Source: Pseudomonadales bacterium
Lineage (GTDB): Bacteria; Pseudomonadota; Gammaproteobacteria; Pseudomonadales; UBA5862
DNA: 64,000 nt
Assembly (NCBI GenBank): GCA_024234215.1
Contig: JACKOQ010000001.1
Span: forward strand, 335,753 to 399,752
Direction of reading: 5' to 3'
Both the position numbers and the translations under genes were made by a program. Numbering within the stretch: the stretch's first letter is position 1; every line of letters starts with the position of its first letter. Shown in pieces: positions 51,193 through 64,000 of the stretch. The notes under the pieces were generated by a model. That model was not told where the DNA came from. It made no database searches and saw only the letters and a list, made by a program, of their open reading frames with translations.

Positions 51193-51401
51193 GCGGGGAA
51201 CCTCGCGGACGCTGCCCGGATGTGGGCAGGCCGATCATACCGCAGAGTGGATGAATTGGATGACCGCATGGTCAAAATGGCACAGGGCGTGCCGAGGTCC
51301 GGGTTGAGACGGTGCTGACGGGTGGTCGAACGGGGTGTCCGCCCTCCATGGCGGAAACGGGAAGGGACGAAAAGAGGCCCGCGATGGCGGACGGCAGAGG
51401 T

Positions 51402-51728
51402 TCAGAGGTTGCTGTCGATGAAGGTGGTCAGTTCGGACTTCGACATCGCGCCGACCCGGGTTGCCTCGACCTGACCATTCTTGAACAGCATCAGTGTCGG
51501 GATGCCACGGACGCCATATTTGGCGGGCGTCATCTCGTTCTGGTCGATATCGACCTTGCACACCTTGACCCGGCCATCGTAGTCATCGGCCAGCTCATCC
51601 AGCACCGGGGCGATCATCCGGCAGGGGCCACACCAGGCTGCCCAGTAGTCGACCAGCACCGGTGTCGGGCTCTTCAGCACCTCTTGTTCGAAAGTCTCGT
51701 CGGACACATGGACGATGGCGTCGCTCAT
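51402..51728 (-). CDS. trxA: thioredoxin
   Basis: 108 aa. [13 protein letters not shown]. Confidence 0.95.
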   Translation of the reverse strand: MSDAIVHVSDETFEQEVLKSPTPVLVDYWAAWCGPCRMIAPVLDELADDYDGRVKVCKVDIDQNEMTPAKYGVRGIPTLMLFKNGQVEATRVGAMSKSELTTFIDSNL

Positions 51729-51815
51729 GATTGGCTCTGCTCCGGAAAAAAGTGGGTTGGATGGTCACGGAAGGCGGGTTTCATTATGAAGGTTCGGTGA
51801 GTCTTTTCAACCAGA

Positions 51816-55471
<3,656 letters not shown>

Positions 55472-55548
55472 ACAGATCCGCAGCCGCGCGCCTGTCGAGT
55501 TGGGAAATTTGCAGTACAATTCGAGCATTACCATCAAGGAGACCTGCC

Positions 55549-55818
55549 ATGTCTAAGGGGCACTCGCTACAAGACCCTTACCTCAACGTGCTGCGCAAGG
55601 AGCGGATTCCGGTTTCGATCTATCTGGTCAACGGCATCAAGTTGCAGGGACAGATCGAATCCTTCGACCAGTTTGTCGTGCTGTTGAAGAACACCGTCAG
55701 CCAGATGGTCTACAAGCATGCCATCTCCACGGTGGTGCCGGCACGTCCGGTGCGGCTGCCGCCGGCCGGCAATGCCGACATGGAGGATGAGGAGCCCTAC
55801 GAAGGAGGCAACGAGTAA
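55549..55818 (+). CDS. hfq: RNA chaperone Hfq
   Basis: [64 protein letters not shown] plus an acidic tail. Confidence 0.95.
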   Translation: MSKGHSLQDPYLNVLRKERIPVSIYLVNGIKLQGQIESFDQFVVLLKNTVSQMVYKHAISTVVPARPVRLPPAGNADMEDEEPYEGGNE

Positions 55819-57161
55819 TCGCCCCGATCGCTTCGCTTCAGTTCTTCGACCGTCCCGAGATCGGCCAGCGCGCCATCCTGGTTCAGCTCGACCTGCCCGG
55901 CGACAGCGCCGACCTGGACGAACTGCATGAACTGGCCCGCTCTGCCGGCCTCGAACCGGTGCTCCGCTTCCGCGCCAGTCGAGCCAAACCGGCCCCCGGC
56001 CACTTTCTCGGCAGCGGCAAGGTCGATGAACTGGCCGCCGCTGCCCTGCAGTTCGATGCCGGTATCGTTCTGTTCAACCATGAGCTTTCATCATCGCAGG
56101 AGCGCAACCTCGAACGCCGGCTCGGACTGCGGGTGCTCGACCGCACCGGGCTGATCCTGATCATTTTCGCGCTGCGCGCCCGCACCCATGAGGGGCAGTT
56201 GCAGGTCGAGCTGGCGCAGTTGCAGCACCTCTCCAGCCGGCTGGTGCGCGGCTGGAGTCACCTCGACCGGCAGAAAGGCGGCGTTGGTCTGCGCGGTGCC
56301 GGTGAGACCCAGCTCGAGCTCGACCAGCGGATGCTGCGGCAGCGCACGCAGCGGGTGGAGCAGCGGCTCGAAGCGGTGCGCAAGCGCCGTGCCGAGGGGC
56401 GGCGCGCCCGGCGCCGTGGCGAGATTCCGGTGCTGTCGCTGGTCGGCTATACCAACAGCGGCAAGTCGACCCTGTTCAACGCCCTCACCGGTGCCGACAC
56501 CTTCGCCGCCGACCAGCTCTTCGCCACGCTCGACTCCACATTGCGCCGCATCGAGTTGCCCCATCTGGGACCGGCGATCCTGGCCGACACCGTCGGTTTC
56601 ATCCGTCAGTTGCCGCACCAGTTGATCGAAGCCTTTCGCGCCACCCTCGAAGAGAGCCGCGAGGCCGACCTGCTGCTGCAGGTGATCGACTCTGCCGACG
56701 CCGACCAGCAGGAGCGCAGCCAGGAGGTCGAGGCGGTGCTGGCCGAGATCGGTGCCGACACTGTGCCGCGGCTGCGCATCTGCAACAAGATCGATCTGGT
56801 CGATGGCCTGTCGCCCCGTCTGGAGCGCGACAGCCAGGGGCGGCCGACGCGGGTCTGGCTCTCGGCCCGCAGCGGCGCCGGCCTCGATCTGCTGCGACAG
56901 GCGCTGGCCGAACTGCTGCAACCCGACTGGGTCGAGGAGGAGCTGCGACTGCCTCCCAGTCTCGGTCGCCTGCGCGCCCGGCTCTATGCACTGGGCGCGG
57001 TGTTTGGCGAAACCACCGACGAGAGCGGCATTTCGCGGGTCGCGGTTCGCTTCTCCGGTCAGGCGCTGAGCCGCCTGCTGGCGCGTGAGGGGATCGACCC
57101 GGCCGCGCTGGGGGGCTCACAGCGGCTGCGCCAGCTTGCGGCATCGCCTGCACCCCCCTAG
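55818..57161 (+). CDS. hflX: GTPase HflX (start codon uncertain/non-canonical)
   Basis: The track ORF starts at GTG 55959, but in-frame codons 55842-55958 encode the conserved N-terminus FFDRPEIGQRAILVQLDLPG...LHELARSAGLEPV. G motifs GYTNSGKST, DTVGF and NKID. No ATG/GTG/TTG/CTG lies between the in-frame stop (55788-55790) and the conserved region (55842); the first such codon is CTG 55875, inside it. ATC at 55818 sits 9 nt after GGAGG. Confidence 0.8.
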   Translation: MAPIASLQFFDRPEIGQRAILVQLDLPGDSADLDELHELARSAGLEPVLRFRASRAKPAPGHFLGSGKVDELAAAALQFDAGIVLFNHELSSSQERNLERRLGLRVLDRTGLILIIFALRARTHEGQLQVELAQLQHLSSRLVRGWSHLDRQKGGVGLRGAGETQLELDQRMLRQRTQRVEQRLEAVRKRRAEGRRARRRGEIPVLSLVGYTNSGKSTLFNALTGADTFAADQLFATLDSTLRRIELPHLGPAILADTVGFIRQLPHQLIEAFRATLEESREADLLLQVIDSADADQQERSQEVEAVLAEIGADTVPRLRICNKIDLVDGLSPRLERDSQGRPTRVWLSARSGAGLDLLRQALAELLQPDWVEEELRLPPSLGRLRARLYALGAVFGETTDESGISRVAVRFSGQALSRLLAREGIDPAALGGSQRLRQLAASPAPP

Positions 57162-57212
57162 AATCGCCGCTTTTCAACGCATTCTCTTCAAGAACGGTCA
57201 GGCGGAACAGCA

Positions 57213-58397
57213 ATGGCGTGGAACGAGCCCGGCGGCGGTGAGCCCAAGGATCCCTGGGGCAACAACCGTGGCAATCAGCATCAGGGGCCGCCTGATCTCG
57301 ACGAACTGCTGCGCAAGCTGGGCGCCACGCTCGGTGGCCTGCTGGGTGGCGGCGGCAAGGGCGGCGGCACCGCTCAGGGCGATGGCGGCAGCAGCATGGG
57401 TGGCCTGCTGCTGGGGCTGCTGGTTCTGTTGCTGTTCCTGCTGGGTTACAACGCGCTCTACACCATCAATCAGCAGGAGCGCGGCATCGTGCTGCGGTTC
57501 GGCCGTTACGAAAGCAGCGTCATGCCCGGCCTGCACTGGAAGATTCCGCTGATCGATGCGCTCTACAAGGTCAACGTGACCCGGGTGCGCGACCGCAACC
57601 ACCGCAGCCTGATGCTGACCGAAGATGAGAACATCGTCGACGTCAGCGTCACCGTGCAGTATGTGGTGAGTGATCCCAAGGATTTTCTGCTGCGGGTGCG
57701 TGATCCCGAGTCGGCGCTCGAAAACGCCACCGAGAGTGCGCTGCGCCATGTCGTCGGCACCTCCAAGATGGACCGGGTGATCTCCGAAGGGCGCGAGCAG
57801 ATCGGCATCGATGTGCACAGCAAGATGCAGGAGTACCTCAACCTCTATCAGAGCGGCATCCAGATCAGCAAGGTCAACATCGAGGAGGCCAAACCACCGA
57901 AGGAGGTGCAGGCCGCCTTCGATGACGTGATCAAGGCGCGCGAGGATGAAGCACGTTTCCGCAACGAGGCCGAGGCCTATGCCAACGGCATCGTGCCCGA
58001 GGCGCGCGGCTATGCGCAGCGGCAGATTCAGGAGGCCGAGGGTTACAAGGAGGGGGTGATCGCCCGTGCCCAGGGTGATGCGCTGCGCTTCCAGAGCATG
58101 GTGGCCGAGTATCAGAAAGCCCCCGAGCTGACCCGTCAGCGGCTCTACATCGATGCCATCGAGTCGGTGCTGGGCAACAGCAGCAAGGTGCTGATCGACC
58201 AGAGTGGCGGCAACAACATGATCTACCTGCCACTCGACCGGCTGGCTGGCGCGGCGACAACCTCCACCCTGCCGCCGGTTTCGACGACACCCGCCTTCAC
58301 CGCCGACAGCGGCGTTGACGTCGGCCGGCTCACCGACCGTGTCATCGAAGAGCTGCGCAACCGGCAGAACAGCAGCCGTTCAAGGGAGAGTCGCTAG
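57213..58397 (+). CDS. hflK: FtsH protease modulator HflK
   Basis: 394 aa. N-terminal Gly-rich region, TM segment and SPFH domain. Directly followed by hflC. Confidence 0.9.
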   Translation: MAWNEPGGGEPKDPWGNNRGNQHQGPPDLDELLRKLGATLGGLLGGGGKGGGTAQGDGGSSMGGLLLGLLVLLLFLLGYNALYTINQQERGIVLRFGRYESSVMPGLHWKIPLIDALYKVNVTRVRDRNHRSLMLTEDENIVDVSVTVQYVVSDPKDFLLRVRDPESALENATESALRHVVGTSKMDRVISEGREQIGIDVHSKMQEYLNLYQSGIQISKVNIEEAKPPKEVQAAFDDVIKAREDEARFRNEAEAYANGIVPEARGYAQRQIQEAEGYKEGVIARAQGDALRFQSMVAEYQKAPELTRQRLYIDAIESVLGNSSKVLIDQSGGNNMIYLPLDRLAGAATTSTLPPVSTTPAFTADSGVDVGRLTDRVIEELRNRQNSSRSRESR

Positions 58398-59282
58398 ATG
58401 GGCAATCGATCTATGTTGGCCCTGCTGCTGGGCGCACTGCTCACCTTGGCGGGTTACCAGGCCCTCTACACCGTCAGCGAGACCGAGCGCGCGGTGCTGC
58501 TCGAATTCGGCCGCGTGGTGCAGGCCGACATCCAGCCCGGGCTGCACCTGAAGAAGCCCTTCATCAATGAGGTGAAGAAGTTCGACGCCCGCACCACCGC
58601 CATCGATGCCCAGCCCCAGCGCTTCTTCACGCTGGAGAAAAAGGCGCTGATCATCGACTCCTATGTGATGTATCGCATCGCCGATGTGCAGACCTACTAC
58701 ACCGCCACCTCGGGCGACGAGTCCCAGGCCGCCCGCCTGCTGGCGCAGCGGGTCAACAACGGCCTGCGTGACCAGGTCGGCGAGCGCGCCATGCATGATG
58801 TGGTCAGCAGCGAACGAGAACAGCTGATGAAGGATCTGATCGTCAAGCTCGGCAACATCATCCGTGGCGAGCTGGGCATCGAACTGGTCGACATCCGCAT
58901 CAAGCGCATCGACCTGCCCGAGGATGTCAGCAGCTCGGTCTACGACCGGATGAAGAGTGAGCGCGAGCGGCTGGCGCGTGAGTACCGCTCGCGTGGCAAG
59001 GAGCAGGCCGAGATGCTGCGGGCCCAGGCCGACCGCGAGAAAGCGGTCATCTCGGCCAATGCCTACCGTGATGCCGAGAAGTTGCGCGGCGAGGGTGACG
59101 CCGTCGCCTCTGCCACCTATGCCGCCGTCTACAAGGTCGATCCGGAGTTCTACGGCTTCTACCGCAGCATCAATGCCTACAGCAAGAGCTTCAGCGACCG
59201 CAAGGATCTGCTGGTGCTCTCGCCGACCAGCGATTTCTTCAAATACTTCAAGGAGCGCGAAGGCGCTCCGCGGGCGCGCTGA
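58398..59282 (+). CDS. hflC: FtsH protease modulator HflC
   Basis: 294 aa with an SPFH/band-7 domain. Start abuts the hflK stop. Confidence 0.9.
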   Translation: MGNRSMLALLLGALLTLAGYQALYTVSETERAVLLEFGRVVQADIQPGLHLKKPFINEVKKFDARTTAIDAQPQRFFTLEKKALIIDSYVMYRIADVQTYYTATSGDESQAARLLAQRVNNGLRDQVGERAMHDVVSSEREQLMKDLIVKLGNIIRGELGIELVDIRIKRIDLPEDVSSSVYDRMKSERERLAREYRSRGKEQAEMLRAQADREKAVISANAYRDAEKLRGEGDAVASATYAAVYKVDPEFYGFYRSINAYSKSFSDRKDLLVLSPTSDFFKYFKEREGAPRAR

Positions 59283-59314
59283 ACGCCGTTGCCTGACGTT
59301 TTGTCGCGCTACGG

Positions 59315-59527
59315 TTGGGCAGCGGGGTGACCGGCGTCGGATGGCATGAACTGCTGGTCGCTCTCTGTCTGCTGCTGGTGCTGGAGGGGATACTCCCCTT
59401 TGTCGCGCCCGAACAGTGGCGCGGACTGCTCCAGCAGATCGCCCGGCTCGACCGGCGCGCCATCCGCCTGCTGGGCCTCGGCAGCATGCTGACCGGAGCC
59501 GGGCTGCTCCATCTGATCAACCACTGA
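59315..59527 (+). CDS. DUF2065-family small membrane protein (YjeT-like)
   Basis: WHELLVALCLLLVLEGILPFVAPEQWRGLLQQIARLDRRAIRLLGLGSMLTGAGLLHLI. Start is TTG 59315 or GTG 59327. Conserved position after hflC. Confidence 0.75.
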   Translation: MGSGVTGVGWHELLVALCLLLVLEGILPFVAPEQWRGLLQQIARLDRRAIRLLGLGSMLTGAGLLHLINH

Positions 59528-59579
59528 CACCGGTCGCGGGTGTGGCAGGCGCCACGGTCGCGGCCCGAGAGCCAACGCC

Positions 59580-62110
<2,531 letters not shown>

Positions 62111-62225
62111 GCGCAGCCAGAGACAGGGTGGGCAAAGGCCGTCAGGCCGCGGCCACGCGCTGGTTCTTCCCCGCTCCTTGGTAGTGATTTTTGCACCGAG
62201 CGACCAGCGCGGATGAGCTCCAATG

Positions 62226-62262
62226 AAAAACCCGCCGCCGGCACGCCGGCGACGGGTTTTTT
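62226..62262. terminator. bidirectional rho-independent terminator between convergent purA and the aldehyde dehydrogenase gene
   Basis: AAAAA-CCCGCCGCCGG-cacg-CCGGCGACGGG-TTTTTT (10 bp paired, one mismatch). A second perfect 11-bp hairpin, GCTCCAGACCG-gtttg-CGGTCTGGAGC, lies at 62270-62296. Confidence 0.65.
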
Positions 62263-62303
62263 GACTGCCGCTCCAGACCGGTTTGCGGTCTGGAGCGCGC
62301 GAC

Positions 62304-63743
62304 TCAGCTGGCCGCAGCGGCCGGCGGCATCTGCACCGATTTGATCTCGAGGTACTCTTCGAGACCGAACTCGCCCAGTTCGCGGCCGTTGCCCGACTGC
62401 TTGTAGCCGCCGAACGGCGCCATCAGGTTCATGCCGCCACCATTGATGGAGACCTGGCCGGTGCGCAGTTGCTTGGCAACGCGCAGCGCGCGGTTGGGGT
62501 CGGAAGACCAGACCGAGCCGGAGAGGCCATAGACGGTGTCGTTGGCGATGCGGATGGCATCGGCCTCATCCTTGTAGGTGAGGATGCTGAGCACCGGTCC
62601 GAAGATCTCTTCTTGGGCGATGGTCATGCTGTTCTTCACATCGGCGAAGATGGTCGGCTTGACGAAGGCGCCGCCTTCGAAACCCGCTGGCTCTTCGAGG
62701 CCGCCGGTGACTAGGGTGGCACCCTCTTCGATCCCCTTGCGGATGTATTTGCGGACCGTGTTGGCCTGCTGCAGCGAGGAGAGCGGCCCCATGTGGAAGC
62801 CCTCTTTGGAAGGGTCATCCTGGGTGATCGATTCGGCGGTGGCCTTGGCGATGGCGATGACTTCGTCCTTGCGGCTTTCGGGGACCAGCATGCGGGTCAG
62901 CGCGGCGCAGGTCTGGCCGCAGTTCATCATCACGCCGCGCACACCCGCGGCGACGGCGGTGTTGAGGTCGGCATCGTCGAGGATGATGTTGGCCGATTTG
63001 CCACCCAGCTCCTGCGCGACGCGCTTGACGGTGTTGGCGGCGGATTTGGCGACGCTGATGCCGGCTTCGGTCGAGCCGGTGATGGAGACCATGTCGACGT
63101 CGGGGTGTGCGGCCAGCCCTTCACCGACCACGCCACCAGGGCCGCTGACCAGGTTGAAGACGCCGGGCGGCAGACCGACTTCGTTGATCAGTTCGGCGAA
63201 GATGAAGGCGTTGAGCGGGGTTTCGCGGCTCGGCTTCAGCACCATGGTGCAGCCGGCGGCCAGCGCGGGGGCGGCCTTGGCGACGATCAGGTAGAGCGGG
63301 TAGTTCCACGGGGTGATGAAGCCGCAGACGCCGATCGGCTCACGCACGACCGTCGAGTTGTTGATCTGCTTTTCGAACTTGTAGCTGCGCAGCAGGGCGG
63401 GGAAGCTGTTGAGGGTGCCGATGGCCATGCCGACCTGGATCATCTCGGCCTGGCTGATCGGCATGCCCAGCTCCTGGGAGATCACCGAGCTGAGCTCCTT
63501 GGCGCGCTTGGACATGGCGCCGACCAGTTTCTCGAGGTACTGGGCGCGCTCTTCGGTGCTGGTGGCCGCCCAGGCCGGAAAGGCGGCCTTGGCGGCCTGC
63601 ACGGCGCGGTCGACATCCTGCAGGTCACCCTGCGGCACGCTACCGATGACTTCGTTGTTGAAGGGGTTGGTGACTTGACTGCTCCCCTTGCCATGGGGTG
63701 CGACCCACTCACCGTTGATATAGAGCTTGTCGTAGTTTCTCAT
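62304..63743 (-). CDS. NAD(P)-dependent aldehyde dehydrogenase
   Basis: Trimmed to [14 protein letters not shown].... [10 protein letters not shown] (catalytic Glu) and [13 protein letters not shown] (catalytic Cys). Confidence 0.9.
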   Translation of the reverse strand: MRNYDKLYINGEWVAPHGKGSSQVTNPFNNEVIGSVPQGDLQDVDRAVQAAKAAFPAWAATSTEERAQYLEKLVGAMSKRAKELSSVISQELGMPISQAEMIQVGMAIGTLNSFPALLRSYKFEKQINNSTVVREPIGVCGFITPWNYPLYLIVAKAAPALAAGCTMVLKPSRETPLNAFIFAELINEVGLPPGVFNLVSGPGGVVGEGLAAHPDVDMVSITGSTEAGISVAKSAANTVKRVAQELGGKSANIILDDADLNTAVAAGVRGVMMNCGQTCAALTRMLVPESRKDEVIAIAKATAESITQDDPSKEGFHMGPLSSLQQANTVRKYIRKGIEEGATLVTGGLEEPAGFEGGAFVKPTIFADVKNSMTIAQEEIFGPVLSILTYKDEADAIRIANDTVYGLSGSVWSSDPNRALRVAKQLRTGQVSINGGGMNLMAPFGGYKQSGNGRELGEFGLEEYLEIKSVQMPPAAAAS

Positions 63744-63890
63744 GATCGACCTTTGGTTATTTTCAGAAGTTGAGAGGGGGCTGCACCCTGGCGAACCCGG
63801 TGCGGGGCCGAAAACTCCGCCATTCAAACAGGCGTCCGGCAAGTTTGCCCAAGACGCCTCGGCAGCGCAAGCGTGTGGCCTTTTACTCTG

Positions 63891-64000
63891 TTACTGCGGG
63901 GGCTGCCGGATTGGACCGCGACCGAACAGGTTGCGCCATGTTCGAGGGAGCTGCTTTTGATCCGCCGTGCCACGGAACAGGAACTGCCGCAGGCAGCGCT
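63891..64000 (-). CDS. 3' end of an unidentified CDS running off the window edge
   Basis: The minus-strand frame reads ...RCLRQFLFRGTADQKQLPRTWRNLFGRGPIRQPPQ* with strong G/C third-position bias. Too short to assign a product. Confidence 0.3.
   Translation of the reverse strand, partial: RCLRQFLFRGTADQKQLPRTWRNLFGRGPIRQPPQ

Noticed and set aside
62270-62296. Perfect 11-bp hairpin GCTCCAGACCG-gtttg-CGGTCTGGAGC next to the aldehyde dehydrogenase stop, considered as a REP-like or mobile repeat
   Set aside because: It occurs only once in the window and lies beside a clear bidirectional terminator. It is most simply an accessory terminator or RNA-stabilising hairpin.

Overview
This is a 64-kb chromosomal segment from a high-G+C genome (roughly 65% by eye). 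Gene order suggests a gammaproteobacterium, but I could not identify the organism. All calls rest on reading the ORF track and the DNA, and on family motifs recognised from memory; no database search was run.

Most of the window is conserved housekeeping in familiar syntenic blocks:
- prfB (partial, with the classic programmed +1 frameshift), a quinone oxidoreductase and tesB.
- A FabY-class long ketoacyl synthase.
- selO, a glutathione peroxidase, a thiolase and an HU-like protein.
- A zinc-ribbon protein followed by aspS-yebC-ruvCAB-ybgC-tolQRAB-pal-cpoB-queE-queC.
- On the minus strand, lptM-lysA-dapF-yigA(DUF484)-xerC-yigB.
- lhr, then hemB, trxA and a Ycf45/SpoIIIAA-like ATPase, then ilvA.
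- miaA-hfq-hflXKC-DUF2065-hisZ-purA, and an aldehyde dehydrogenase.

The accessory or unusual content is:
1. A minus-strand operon at 33.6-39.7 kb encodes what looks like the full mycobacterial-type polyprenyl-phospho-arabinofuranose (DPA-like) pathway. It comprises a HAD::UbiA fusion, a DprE1-like FAD enzyme, a DprE2-like SDR and a GtrA protein, plus one large polytopic membrane protein. A second polytopic membrane protein lies convergent to it in a visibly lower-G+C patch (31.4-34.2 kb). No acceptor genes are nearby.
2. A DUF1302 gene is followed by two tandem DUF1329 genes. The duplicates share a central tract of about 940 bp that appears 100% identical, flanked by diverged sequence, and the module carries a repeated extended -10 promoter-like motif.
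3. A small islet at 44.7-45.6 kb holds a ParE/RelE toxin-antitoxin pair and a decayed MT-A70 methyltransferase fragment.
4. A GldA/F/G-like ABC transporter lies at 26.7-30.3 kb.
5. The conserved N-terminus of hflX has no canonical start codon upstream.

No rRNA, tRNA, CRISPR array, transposase or phage genes were recognised. Many long ORFs in the track are antisense shadows typical of high-G+C DNA and were discarded.
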